From: Chara braunii
Lineage: Eukaryota > Plantae > Charophyceae
Assembly: GCA_003427395.1 (NCBI GenBank)
Contig: BFEA01000002.1
Coordinates: forward strand, 2,449,022 to 2,511,026
Length of the DNA: 62,005 bases
Direction: 5' to 3'
Positions 1 through 14,176 of the stretch are shown here, in pieces (within the stretch, counting starts at the first letter, position 1; the number at the start of each line of letters is the position of its first letter). The translations under genes were made by a program, and so were the position numbers. The notes under the pieces were generated by a model. That model had not been told where the DNA came from and made no database searches. It worked only from the letters and a program-made list of their open reading frames with translations.

Positions 1-3
1 GGG

Positions 4-35
<32 letters not shown>

Positions 36-1299
36 CCAAGTGGGGCAAAGCTTCTAGTGGTTGCAAAGTTGCAAACAGTTCCTCCTCTAGACTATTTATT
101 GAAAAAGAAAAAAAGAGCCACTGCTACTTGCTACTTCTTTAAAGTTTTTATTGCTTTTTTTTTATAGGGAAACTTTGGCACAGAGATGGCGTGATGGTAA
201 GAACATTCTCGTTGAGTGGGCCTTTTGTGAAGGCTCCATCTATTGGTGGGGAACAACACCTGCTGGAAAGTGGGTCCAGCGTCCCAGATTACAACACGAG
301 AGCCTGTATTGATTGATAGATACTCGACGGGCAGCATTGATTGCCCGCCATTAGGAGGGGATGGCTACCCGCCAGACCTCAGAGAATGGACGTACAAGCA
401 CGTTACAGCATTTACCCACTTTATGTAAGGCATCTGCCAGCTCCCACCACGTGGAAAACTCCGATGCACGAAACCCCAAGAGACGTGGTGAGAAAGAATA
501 TCTGCCCTCCTCAGGTCTAGTCAAGTGAAAGGGGACGAACCTAATTCGCGAAAAAGCCAAAGCAATAGCCGCCACCTCTCCCTCCGAATTTATACTGTTG
601 TGTTAGGACTACTGTTGCTGTTTATTTCCAGTTTGGCTTCTGTTTTGTAACTGGGACGCTGGACCCGATTTCCTAATGGTGCTGCTCCCCACTAACAAAT
701 TGAAGCCATTTAAAACACAGCCTACTATTGGATAGGCTTCTTTTTATGTTTACTGTAACAGTTTTCTTTTCATAGGCAAACACAAAGTCCATCTTTTAGC
801 CTACAAGTTCACATTCGTGGCCATGGGCCAGGCACAGCACCCGTCGCTGCGAATTTTTTTTTTCTTTTTTTTTTTTCTTACTCACTGTGTTCTTCTCGCA
901 AATTCTTTTTTGCGTTTCAGTTCCTCCCTACCACTACTACTAAAGCTATGTAGAGGGGACCCCTGCAAGCATATCCGGGTAAGGCCCTCAGAGAGCGCAT
1001 AGTCACACTTGTACTTTCCAGACTGCTTGTGGCCACTTTTAGGGGAGCATGATTGTAGTGCCCTGGCAGAGAGGCAAGGCGTTATCCATGGGGGTTTAGC
1101 AACACCCTCGCTGTGGGCATACTCACACTAATACTGGAGTCCCGTGTTGACCACTATCACAGCATAAGGGATGTTTTTTTTTTTTTTTTTTGTGCTTCTG
1201 TTGTGTCTCTGCAGACACCATGCTGAGGGCACAATCACACTAGCACTTCATAGAATGTATGTGACAGCTATCACGGCTTTAGGGATGCTTTGTTTTTTT

Positions 1300-2200
1300 T
1301 TTCTTCTTCTCGTTTTTTTTCTTTCTTCTTCTTTTTCTTTTTTTTAACACGGGGGTCCAGTGCCCAAGGCTCAAATTAACAGTTGAATACGACTCAAACA
1401 CACGCCTCTCCCCATTAGGGCAGGAAGAGCCTCAGCCACTGCTCCCGTAGAGACAGCTTCCCTATACAACGAGAATAGAACATGGGCAGTGAGCATTGAT
1501 TGCTTCCCCTGGAAGGAAGGATCAACCCAGCCCCGTAGACAATGGAATTCTGCCCTACTAGCAGTACCAGAAAAGAACAACGAAATTGTGGCCTGCAAAC
1601 ACTAGGTTTGGAAAAAATCGGCGCACAAGGAAATTCAGAATCTGCAAAAAGAGGCTCGGAGGTGGTGGTGGTGGTTTAAACCACAATGCACACAGCCCCA
1701 GCCTTGCAGTCCGAAACTTGTTGCCACAAGAAAACGAGGCCGGCACGTCAAAGGCTGGGCCCGCCGTTGATAAATTTGACTGGCGGGGGCCTGTTTTTGT
1801 TTCGCGCCTCCAGAATTTGAGGTGTCAGACCCGTGGCCCAGGTGCCCATGTACTGGTGGTTTAAGAAGACTTCTGTTGCTGCTATTGAAGCAGCTGTTGA
1901 TAACTGGTATCCACAGCAGTGTACTTGTATGAGTACGTTGAGTACCGCTGCTAGCCATGCTAGCCATGCGTGGTCCCCACCTTCCTCTTCCCCCCTGTTC
2001 ACCTCTCCCCTCACCTCGAAAGCAGCCCCTCCAACCCCTATGTAATGGCAGGTTAATAGGATTGGATTCTTGCCATAACTGATTGGTTAACCCCGAAAGC
2101 TACCCTGCCATGCTGCCTGCCAGTGATGGTAAAAGGTAATTCCTAACTGTATTAAAAAAAAAGGGCAAAAAAAACAGTACAGTATGGGTGATGGGGTATG
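1300..2200 (-). mobile_element. Degenerate 3' portion of a LINE (zf-RVT-like C-terminus)
   Basis: Minus-strand translation ...RFLVATSFGLQGWGCVHCG... continues after a frameshift as an EPLFAD segment, resembling the CxxC...HLF motif of L1 ORF2. A-rich tails (T-runs on +) lie downstream. Confidence 0.35.
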
Positions 2201-2249
2201 CTGCGGCTAGAGTGGTGAATCATTTTGATTATGACTTTTGAGGGGGTAA

Positions 2250-3700
2250 AAGAGTGGTGGATCATGGTTTGTGATACGCAACCTCACACCCTGTGCAGTG
2301 TCCCGTACTCGTGAGATCACCGATCAGAGTAAATGGGGCGTGGTCGAGGATTTTGGGCGTGGGCTTGAACCGCCAGGGCGAAGTTGGGGTTCTCGGGGTT
2401 CTCGCCTCAGATCTGAGGGTCTTTCAGGAAACACTGGCCAACAGGGACAATTTCAAAATTGCAAAACTTAGATGACGAAGAGGGGCAGGATATCCGAAAA
2501 ACCCTGCCACTCGACTTAGGGGCAAATGTGCAAAACCCAATCCTACCGGAAAATTAAGTGCAAAAGCTCCACAACAAGAAACGAATCTAGTGCCTGCTTG
2601 ACGCCAGGTTCACAACGCTCTTTCCGTGGGGGCCAAGGAGAAAAGGGACACTTTACGCATCCGAATAGGGCCAATGAAACCTGTCGGATTGAATTGCAAA
2701 ACTTAGACGACGAAGAGGGGCAGGACATCCGAAAAACTCGCTCCACAACAGGAAACGAATCTAGCGCCTACTTGACGTGAGGTTCACGGCGCCCTTTCCG
2801 TGGGGGCCAAGGAGAAAAGGGACACTTCACGCATCCAAATAGGGCCAATGAAACCCGTCAAGTTGAGCCAAATCCTTGTCATCCAATGGGGGTGAGAGCA
2901 GAGGTTACCATCACTCCCGCATTAGGGGAGAGATTCAAGAACCGTAGGGACAATTTCAAAATTGCAAAACCTAGATGACGAAGAGGGGCAGGACATCCGA
3001 AAAACCCTGCTGCTAGACTTAGGTGCAAATGCGCAAAACCCAATCCTACCGGAAAATTAAATGCAAAAAGCTCCACAACAAGAAACGAATCTAGTGCCTA
3101 CTTGACGCCAGGTTCACGACGCCCTTTCCGTGGGGGCCAAGGAGGACAGGGACACTTCTCGCATCCGACTAGGGCCAGCGAACCCATCGGATCGACCCAA
3201 ATTCTCGTCATCTGATGGGGGTGAGAGCAGAGGCACCCAGGTCCTGAAGTTTGCTGGAAGCACTCCCGCATTAGGGGAGAGATTCAAGAACCGTATGGAC
3301 CCCTTGTACCTTTGCAACACCCTCCGCCAGGAACAGGAGCTTCCGAGCCAGCACCAACGACAGTTAAACTGGGGCTTCCACGTGGCGCGTGCTGCAGACC
3401 AGGGGCGCATGGTTAAATCAGCATATGGCAAAATCAATGATGGGGAAGCAAACCAATCGATCAACAGAAATCCAACTCCCCCTATATGACACCCGTTAGA
3501 CGAGTTGTAGAAGTGAATGCGATTGGTCCGCAATAGTGCCCTTCGCACATCCGCGGTGCAGTAACGATCGTCTTCGTCTGCAACCGGGAAAGGAGGAAGG
3601 CTGCTATGGCGGATCGATGTAAAAGGTTTGAGCACGGGCAATTACCCATGCTCACACTCAAGTTCGCAAACCTCAACACCATATAATTCTCAACTTGTCC
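2250..3700 (-). repeat. Internally duplicated decayed coding-like repeat, homologous to 18930-19700
   Basis: Block GGACAATTTCAAAATTGCAAAAC.TAGATGACGAAGAGGGGCAGGA recurs at ~2445, ~2690 (partial) and ~2948. A diverged copy lies at ~19140. Confidence 0.7.
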
Positions 3701-6519
3701 CACACAGACCCGACCTCCTTTCAAAATGCAAGCTGATTACGCGTAGTGACTCCAATCAAAATTGCCACCTTTACAAAACAGCGATGGCCGAGATGCAGGG
3801 AGATGGGGTGGAACGACTTAGTCTCCACACCCTATGTCACTGATCACTCGAGCGTACACATAAGGTGAACGAGGAGATTGGCACGTGACGCTTGTGCACA
3901 AGGAAAAAGGGCATCGGCACACTCATACACTCAGGCAGACGTCCAAGACCAAGTATGACAGGTGCGCACCCATGCGCGCAAGCATAACAAGGGTAATCAT
4001 ACTGTCCTCCACCATCCATACACATAATTTTCAGACAGCAAAGCATTCAGCATCCACAGACACTTGCAACCATAGTCGTCAGCACACGCAGCATTTGGAT
4101 GAAGTAGGGGTGGAGAAGAAGCGGGTCCCTCACTATTCCAAAATCGTAACAACGCTGGCACTCCGTGTGCGCAGCCACCATATCCAACCGAGCGCAAGCC
4201 AGCATAGCCACAAGGCCTTGCCACTGGCTTCACTCCTGTCTCCACCACCGCTCAGTCTCTCCGACTACTTTCCCTTGAGTCTACTGCTATGTCCACCAGC
4301 ACACCGTTACTCCGCCCGTTCCTCAAGCACGTTTAACCAGTTCAGTGCAGCAATCCTCGCGCATGGCTTGCGCAACATTGCGCCTGAGAGCAAAGAGGAA
4401 GAGAGGAGAGGGCTGCACAAATCTATAGCGCGGAAGGCGGTGGGGCACCAGCATGTAATGCGGGGAGCAAGGGTGTAGATGAGGAGGGGAGAAGAAGGAA
4501 GGTTCTGGAGAGTCGAGAAAGGTGGGATGATCATTGTTTTTGCACAATTGAGGTGGTCGTTCAAGCTGCGCATGTAAGTTCAGTCTTACAGCTTCATCCC
4601 ACCAACTCAATTGTCGATCAATCAACCACGCAGCTTGATCCCACCAACTCAACTGTCGATCAATGAACCGCGCCGAAGGATGAAGTGGGAGGATGAGACT
4701 GAGAGAGGGAGGAAGACAAATAGGTGCGTGTAGACGGAGGCCTAGTAAGAAAAGAAGTCGTCGCACGTGTGCCAAGTGGGGAGCCAACTTGCGTGGTGAG
4801 CAACAATTCAAAAATGGTCGCATGTGCATATTGATCCAAACAAATTAAAAAACACCGTCAACCGGATTCATAACTGTTTTCTCAAAGTTCTGTCACAGGC
4901 TTTAGCCATCCACACTAGACTAATTCAAACAGGGACAAAGGCAAACCCGAAAGGTATATGCGAATGGCCATCAAAAGTTTGAAACGGACCCCTTTCTTCG
5001 TAATTAGTCAAGATCCGTACTTCGGGGCTTACTTCGGGATTTATTCCGAAGGGTACGTAAAGCTGTGAGGTACGGAGCTTGGCTCATCACAGGTTTTGTT
5101 TGAGGGGACTTTTCAAAATGTTTTTGATAGCATTTACAACCAGACTTGGATGGATCTGACCGCAATCGCGTCCAAAGCTTAGTAGAAAAAGTCCTAGTGT
5201 GAGTATGCCCTGAGTGGAGTGGGTGAAAGTGATGGAGCAGTGAGACGAGTTAGGCTTTCAAGGATGTATCTGTTCTCAATTAAGGCCAATACAAGTAGAA
5301 AATCTAGTATGGGGGTGGCCTTATTAGTCATCATCCTGCCAAGTACCCAGGCACCCACCCAACTGCCCAAGTTGCCATCGTGCGCGGTACCTCTGCACTC
5401 TCCCCCCCTCCCTCCCCTCCCTCACCCCATAATATGTTGTAAATATTTGGTGTCACCATGACCGACTTCCCCAATCCAATCCCATCAGAGGCCAAGTCCT
5501 ACTTGCAGAGTTGAGTTTCCTCAATGCCCGGATCTAGACATGTTTGTGGAGAGGTGCAATTTAGGAAACTCGGCGCGATTTTCTGCACATCTCTACAAAC
5601 ACGTTCAGATTTGGACGTCGATATTTGGGCGTCGAGGAAACCCAACACTGCTAGAGGGACTTGGACCCACACATTGGTCTTCAAAAATCCTCCAAGTAGG
5701 AGAATAATCCTTTTTCTGATACTTTTTGCTTATCAAAAACATACAAAAAACCTACTAATACGGATTCAACACAGGTGTGGTGTGTGGGTTAGTTTTGGCC
5801 TTGTTGCTATTCCGTGGGGGGTGGGGGACAATGAAAAGGGAGGTGCCACGTCTTCGAATTAGTTGGACCCTCACTCACAACCTCACTCACAACCCCACTC
5901 CATCTCCGAGTACTGATGTTGGGGCAGAGAGCAACATGAATCCCTTTTTGTCAGACACCCGTGCTTGCAGGTGTGCCCTCTGTATAGCCTTAGGAGTAGT
6001 GGTAGGTAGGTAGTGAAAGGCAAAAAGAATTTGAGAGAAGAATATGGTGTAGTAAAACCACTAGTCCCCCCGACGCCGAAACAAAAAAAAAAAAAAACAT
6101 ACAGAAACCGTCACTGAAAGGAGTCATGGTTTTCAGTTTTAAATGTGTTTCAGTCACAATTTTGTGAATTTTGTTTCAAACCGAGGAAAATTGTGAATGA
6201 ATACAACCCATGTTTACGGTTGGGTGGGGATGTGTTGTATTTAAGGGATGCCTGAACTGCATTTATAATTAAAAATGTGACTGTGCCTTAGTTACCCGAA
6301 AAAGAAAAGCCAGGCTACTTGGGGCGCCTTGTCGTGCAGCATGGCAGTGCACCCCCTGCAAGTCGCCTGGGGTCCACCGGCATGGGGCGCCCCCTGCAGA
6401 CAAAAATCAGCCCTTTTTTTTTAAAAACGGGCACCTCTTCGTCCACATGGAACAGAGTCAGACGAGACTGAGACAGACTTGTAGGGATTTCCATCCGGGA
6501 GAAGAGAGTAAGGAGGGTG

Positions 6520-8345
6520 TGGAGGAACGCGTTGCTCACGCCCGATCTCCGTAGCAGGCCTACGGGATTGAGGGCGCAACTATGTTCCATAGCCAACTCA
6601 GGCAGGAAGGTCGACCGAAAAGCGACAGCAAAGGCACAGGAAATGTGTCATAATCCAGCTACGAGGAGAAACGTGGGGTTGGGGGAAGAATCCGGCAAGC
6701 GCTGGTTCGTAGTATATGCCAGATGTCACGAAGATATGGACGGACGAATTGCAAAGCGAATTAATTGGAAGTCGTGGCCGGCGCCGTATAGGGGGAGCGC
6801 ATTTCTCGTGCCATTAATTGGAAGTCGTGGCTGACACCATTCAAGGGGAACAACATTTTTCACGCCAGGTCACTATTACAGGAGCGGTTATCTTCCATAG
6901 CCATCTACAAGAAGGTAGATCGAAAGGCGAACAAGAGAGACCCAGGAAAAGAGCCAGTGTCCAGATGCTAGGCCAAGACATTGTTTGCAATGGCAGACCA
7001 AGTGGACGGGCCATTTGACAACATTACGAGCACTGTGATGCTAGGGGGAAAGTGTTGTTCACGCCTGATCTCCATAGTAGACCTACGGGATGGACTCGGA
7101 AGGCGCGACTGTCCTTCATAGCAATCTCATGAAGGTGGAAATGGAAGCGTTGCTCACACATAGTGGGAGAAAAGATCAATCAAAGAAGAACACCAGACTT
7201 ACATCGACTCGAGCGAAGAGAAACAAACGAAAGTCACGACTGACGCTGTTCATGGGGAATGCATTTCTCACATCAGGTCACTATAGCAGGAGCGACTGTC
7301 TTCCGTAACCATCTAGGAAAGGAAGGTAGGCCGAAAGGTGACAAGAGAGACACAAGAAAAGTGTTATTATCCAGTTGCCAGAAGAAACGTGATACAATGC
7401 GGAATTGACATTACCAGGCCTCAGGAGATAGGAGACAGGTGGAGCGGCCTCAGGAGATAGGAGAAAGGTGAAGCTACAAGGGAAAACGGGAGGTTGCGAC
7501 GTATGTGGAGGTGTGGTCCGCAAGCGTTGGTGCACAATGTGTGTTAGATGTCACGAAGATATGGGCGGACGAATTGTGAAGCGAAGTAACTGGAAGTCAC
7601 GGCTCACGAAATTTAGGGGGAACGCATTCCTCGCGCCAGGTCACTATTACATGAGTGGCTATCTTCCATAGCCATCTACGAAACGAAGGTAGATCGAAAG
7701 GCGACAGCAGAGGCACTTAAACTAAATTAAAAACTTCCAAATAATAACTTAATCGCCCCCTAGGTATGGAAGGCCGAAGGTGCAAAAGCGCTCTTGTTTG
7801 ATTGAGAGAATTCTCGCGTGAAGTCTCTGAGGATCCCAAACAGCTCGGCGGTCGTTGGCTAGGCCGTCGTTCGCGCCTGATCTCCGCAGTAGTCTTGAGG
7901 GATTAAGGACGCAGCTATCCTTCATAGCAATCTCAGGAAGGAAGACATTGTCAAGTATTGGTTCATAGTGTGTGCAGGATGTCACGAAGATACGGGCAGA
8001 CGAATTGTGAAGCGAAATAACTGGAAGTCGCGATTGGCGCCATTCGGGGGGAACACATTTCTCGTGTCAGATAATTATTATATTAGGAGCGATTATCTTC
8101 CATAGCCTTCTTCAAAAGGAAGGTAGATCGAAAGCCGACATGTGAGGCACATGAAACCAGACAGTATCCAGTTGCTAGACCAAGATATTGTTTGCAATTG
8201 CAAACAAAGTGGACGGGTCATTTATTAGGAGCGCTGTGCTAGTAGGGGGAAAGTGTCATTCGCGCCTTATCTTCGTGCTAGACCTGCGGGATTGAGGGTG
8301 CAACTATCCTTCATAGCAATCTCAAGAAGGAAGGCATCATATATT
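6520..8345. repeat. Degenerate tandem/nested duplications of an unidentified decayed sequence
   Basis: GATGTCACGAAGATA.GG.C.GACGAATTG recurs at ~6722, ~7547 and ~7978. CTTCATAGCAATCTCA recurs at ~7114, ~7920 and ~8309. Confidence 0.7.
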
Positions 8346-8774
8346 AGGAGAAGTAGAAGAGTAAGCGGGAAGGACAGAGGGAAGGGGTAAGAGGAAGGAG
8401 GAGGAGGAAGGAGGAGGAAGGAAGGAAATGGGAAGGGGAAGGAGGGGAGAGGAGGAAGGAAGGAACTGAAATATTTGAGGTGATTCGGAGATGAGGAGTG
8501 CAGCAGTGAAGACAATAGCGTGTACGGGCGACATCAACAAGGATAATGCCAACACGAAGACTCTAGGAGCACACAAGAGGAAAGTCCTTAGGTACCTTCT
8601 CCACCCCTAGAATGCTTTCTGCTCCCAAAGTAATCAATTCATAAAGAAGTAGTGGCCTTGCATATTCATAAACGTGACACGTTTGATTCGACATTAGAGA
8701 TCATACAGACAAAAATACTCGATGTTGTTGTTTCGGGGGATAATGAGATAGATGACCGCTAAACAGATGCACAC

Positions 8775-9041
8775 CTGCGAACATTTTTTTTTTTCGAAAA
8801 AAAAATAAAATAATAACAATAATTTTGTTTTTCGGTTTTTGATTTTTAACTCATGATTCGCTACGAATTTGAACTTGACTCTGAGGCAAAGTTGCTTGTA
8901 TTGTTATTTAACACAACATATAGTTTTTTTCAGATTTTCTGAGAACTTTTTTTTTTATATATTTTTTATATCCGCGTTCGGAGGGTTTTTGGCGCTTGTT
9001 CGCGTTCGGGTGAACGTTTTCGCAAATGTGGTGCCACGTAG
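8775..9041. mobile_element. hAT-type MITE (left end internally deleted)
   Basis: 8-bp TSD ATGCACAC at 8767-8774 and 9042-9049. Ends CTGCG...GTGCCACGTAG. Homologous to 13817-14176. Confidence 0.85.
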
Positions 9042-12000
9042 ATGCACACACCACTCAAGTCTGTCCTCCAAGCAAAGTTGAAACTACAACGACCGACCCT
9101 TGCAACTTCGGATGATGAAATCCTCACAGAAGAAGAGAGACAACTGCAATGCAGAGTGATCTCCCTCATCAATCTTCATCAGAAGACAGATGAGAGGTTA
9201 ATTGGTTACCAAACCTCTCCAATCGCAAGGCTGTCTGCCCCCAATGTGGGGCAAGGTAGCATGGTTGTATTTTCACCGAGAAAAAGATTGGTTTCAAATC
9301 CTTTGTTTGTTTGTGATTATGTGGCCGGTTCGGATCTGCCACTTACTATTTAGAAAGGGACAAGTGACAATAGGATTCCGCTGGTGAACACTCCTCCCTT
9401 ATCAATAGAGGACATAAAAGTAATTGCATCCTTTGAAGGAGCATCGAGTTATATAGTACATCAAACGAAAAAGTGTCCGCCTTTGCAGACAACAACAAAA
9501 AACAGGAGGAGGAAGGGGAGGGGGATGGGGGAGGAACGGATGGGGCAGACAAGGAGGGAGGTGGGGAAGGGGAGGAAGGGTAGGAGGAGGTGAGAGAGAG
9601 GAAATAAGAGGAGAGTCGGGGGCTGAACGAGGAGAAGTGGGCAAAGGATTCTCGAACCAAACTGAAGTAAAACAGAGAGGAGATAACGCTCTGAATAGTA
9701 ATCACAGACAAATACAATCCTCGCCTGTTTCTTGGATTTATTAAGCAAAAGGGTCTTTTCAAACCAAAACAATAAAAATTATGCGATCTGGAGGCCCAAC
9801 AAAGCCCCTGCACATCCCTCTCTCTAACCTTTCTACAGTTCGTGCCTTTTTTATCTCAAAATTTATAAGCCTGTCAGAAAGCAAGGTGGTAGAGTTGGGG
9901 GGGAAGAGATCGATGGTGAAGTCTTATCCAACACAAAAGATACCAGAGAGAAATATTATTTATCAACTCCATGTAAACAATTGGGTCTTCCATGAAGACG
10001 CGGTGTATAAATCAATCAATGATAAAATTAAATGGATAATTAAGCTTCTAGCACAGTTGAAGGGGAGCTGAGAGGTGACAATTGAGGATTTCATAATACA
10101 ATATTTTGGACAAAAAAAAAAATACAGGACTGGAAGAAACTCAAAAGTGACAAATCTGAGGTGAGGATCTATCCATAGACTCCCCAAAGACAAGGACCGG
10201 TTGATCGACGCTGTCAAATGATGGAAGATTATTATTGGGTGGAATTTCGTCACATCCCAATAGAAATTTAGGGTGCATTTGTCTATCGCTTTGGGGAACT
10301 CTATGAAATAGTAAACTTCGATGATCCTCTACCAACGTATGTAGCCCAGAGAGATAATTAATTGATGTTGGCGATAAATCATCCCTCCAACATTCCTTTC
10401 AACATTGATGATATCATTCCTTACAGAATAGGAGGGGAAAAAAATTCATATTCATACTTCTGACCTTGGTGCTCCGCTGCAAGGCATATGGGCACCTTAG
10501 TATAGACTCATCCTATGTTCAAAATCCATCACACTGGCAAAGCGTGACGGGGAGGTTAATTTGCAATCCCTTCAAAGCAAGTTTGTGGAGAACGGTGGAT
10601 CCGGGACATGAGGATGGGTGTATGTTGAAAATTCTTCAAAAGGAACGGGACCAAAATGGTGGATATGGAAAAAGCAGGGGGACTGATTTCGGACACAAAA
10701 TCGTTGGATAGTTGGAGTCCCCATGCCCACTCTCCTCTTCTTCCATAGCAAACATAACAAACACAAGGGAGTAAACCTCATATAGTATAGCCTACCCATA
10801 AGGTCTCTACAATTATGAAAATTGTTGGACAAGGTTTTGTTGAACCCGATCAAAAACCCTGTATGCAAGAAACAATTCAGTCCCCTCCTCCTTTGAACCA
10901 CCCAAATGGTAAAATTATAACAGCTAACGAGATACAAACCGTATCATCAGTAAATGATTCTCCTTTTTTTCTGATACCAGGAACCACTAGTTGGTTCAAT
11001 AGGATTGTGACCAGCAAATGAAGTAGGTGCTGGAAGAGGAACAGAAAGGGATCATGGGTAACAAAAGTGTTCTGAGAAGGTTGGACTCATTTAAGTATTG
11101 AAAGGAATGAGTCAAAAAAAAAGAACTGCGCCCTAAGACCTCTCATCTTCTTCCTAGTACTAAGAAAGCAGTGTTAATCTTTGAAGAGAAGATAATGCAG
11201 GCTACAAGGACAATGTTAATTGGGAGTAGAGCAATCACAAGACTCTCATCCAGAGTTACCAGATTCATTCAAGGATGCGTTTGGACTGACTCCTATGGAT
11301 GTAGATCAACCCCTAAATGATGCCCCTATGTTAGATGCTCCCTCTCCTGCTTCTGGAGAAAGATCAAAGGATAACCTTGTTGAACAGAAAATCACACAAC
11401 TAACAGATTGGTTGCTTCAGCAATTGAAAATAAAATTCGGTGTAGCTACATCCGAATTTTATGACACTTCTTATATACAACTTATTAACTTTTTAAATAA
11501 TAGTAATAGTTTGAGAAAAGTGTTGCAACAAGGATTACCTCAAGGAGCACAATGGTCTGTTGTTAGGCAAAGGATGTTGCAAGCTATAATTAATTTGTTT
11601 CACCCCCCCTCCTCTCTACATATTACATCGGAAAATTTTGGGAGGGAAAGTTTGGGGTTTGAAATAGTACTTGCAGTATCTACCACACCAAGTATGTCAA
11701 TGGAAGGACAGAAAGGAAACGTACAATGGGACCCTCTCTCGGCCATGGAGACGTCCCGAGTACAGAAAGTATATCGGATAACTTTGGTGCAACATATATT
11801 GGGTGCTAAATCCGGAGATTCATCTGCAGTTGAGTTACAACAAAATTGAAGACAGTCGGATTAAAAAATGATAAGATAAATGAATTTATTTTAATAGAGA
11901 ATTGAATCAAAACAGTGTAGTCCATGGAAAGACAGTGAATCCTCTCAAGCATGGTTTAGCAAAAGACCTTTTATATTAAAACCCAGGAGGAACAACAGCA

Positions 12001-13816
12001 GGGGCAGTACGCTGATTTCTGCAAGGTGCGGCATCAACAGTTGCCGCAAAATCGGAAGCGACAATAGGTTCACAACAAGAGACATAACAACAACTGAATC
12101 ACAATCAGGTGGAAAAGATTAGACAACAAGGTCAAGAACACCTAGAGGTTTTTGTTTCTTCTTCCACTCTGGCTTCCCAAGAAACAGGTAAGAGGCAGAA
12201 ATTAGAGAAATGACAAACCCTTCACCCACAAGCTCTCAAAGGTAATTTAATCATGTCGGTTCGGAAAAGGAATGAGAAATAGAAAATTGGGTTATCCCCA
12301 ATAGGCCAGGATCAGTATGGGGGGGTTATTTTGAGAGAATGACCCACTTATTTAGAGTATCATAGTGTCATTGATCGTAACTTCAAGAGAGACCTACACG
12401 ACTTTTTGTCGAAAAGCTACCCTCACGGATTTAGGAGAACGTGCACGATGGCAAAGAGAGACACGTTTGTGCGTTTTGAAGACAAAAATGGATCAGACCT
12501 CAAATTATACACTTATACAACTTCAATGAAATTACAGTGTCTGAAGATCAAAGCTCACTATGTTTGGTCACTAACGGATGTGATGGCTTTCCTGTGTGCT
12601 ATTTTACGAAGAGGTATTCTACAGGCTGCTTTGGACCTACATAACAGGGGCTGGTTACGTCTGTAGGGATTAAGTGAAGGAGGGACGTTCTAGATGTGAG
12701 TTATGGAAGAAATCCTTCTTGGCATCAGGCTACCAAAACAACAAGATTTAAATATGAGATCGCTCAATGTAAATGGTTTTGCCATAGACCCACAACAGAT
12801 GCAAAAAAAAGAAGAGTCATTATGGAGCAACTCAAAGAGGTTGGAGAAAGATCGTGGTCAAATTTTATGTTCATACCAGAAACTCTTCTCACTGATACAC
12901 CTACCCATACTAGAACACACAACAAGGTATGACCCTTTCATAAAATATATTCATTAGTAGTAAGGAATAATTCAGAAGGAGTAAGAATTGGGGCGCCTTC
13001 AGAATCGAGAGTAAATATTGTTCACTGACAGCAGATAAGCAACAAGAAATATGAGTTTCTTCCCTAGTGCTGTTAGAAATAGAAATAATACGGGTCAATA
13101 TCTATGGGTTAATTGATGTGCATGAATTTTTTTTTTTTTAGTAAATATCAGGGAACAAATTTCTGATGGGATTTGAATTGTAATGGCAGGAGACTTCAAC
13201 GCGGCTCCTAATAGGTGGTTGGATCAATGAAAGATATTTTGTCAATGTTCAACTTTATGTGTTTGGAGAAAGTTGGACATTGACAAGGTAACATTTTATG
13301 TCATATAATAAAATCTTGATAAAAAACACAACAAATGACTGCAAAAATAACGATCGTTATCAAATCTTTTTAAATTCAAAGAAAGACATGAACTCTTAGA
13401 TTACCAAAAACACGCACGTTATATACAGTGTTATGTAAAGGAAGATGAAAACATTATACGAAGATTATGCCAATCTGAACACTTATATGACACATATCGA
13501 CGTATCTTTCCTCATGAACGTTTGTTCACTTGCGTTCGAAACAATGGTATCCGACACCAATCAAGGTCTATAATAAATATAATCTTAATGTCATAACACC
13601 TTGATAGAGCTTTGATTTGGGTGACTATATCTTCAGAGTTTGTGGTCGGGAGCGGACCATAAAATGTGTGTTGTCTTGCTCTCCTTTAGAAAAAAATATG
13701 ATCAAGGGAATAAATTTTACTAGCTCAATATATCCTTACTCTCACAAGGACAATTTAGACGATATATAAAGGATATATGAGATTATTGGCATACAACCAA
13801 GGATAAGCATGTCTCA

Positions 13817-14176
13817 CTGCATGGCACGGCGAACAAGTTTGCGCCCTTTCATGTTCGCGCGAACGTGTTCGCACATTCGCGCGAAGAGCTAGTGAACATG
13901 TTCGGACGAACATATATTTTTTTTGTGAAAAAAAATAAATAAATAAATCATTTTTTGATTTTTAGTTCATGATTGCTTACGAATTTGAACATGACTCCAA
14001 TGCAAACGTTGCGTGTATTATTATTTTACATAATATATACTGTTTTCATATTTTTTTGAGAACTTTTTTTTTTTAAAATATTTTTTATGTTCGCGTTCGG
14101 AGGGTTTTGGACACTTGTTCGCGTTCGAGCGAACATGTTCGCGTTTGCCTCCGAACGCGAATACGGTGCTACGTAG
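13817..14176. mobile_element. hAT-type MITE inserted in LINE ORF2
   Basis: 8-bp TSD ATGTCTCA at 13809-13816 and 14177-14184. TIRs CTGCATGGCAC / GTGCTACGTAG. Subterminal GTTCGC/GCGAAC repeats. Confidence 0.9.
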
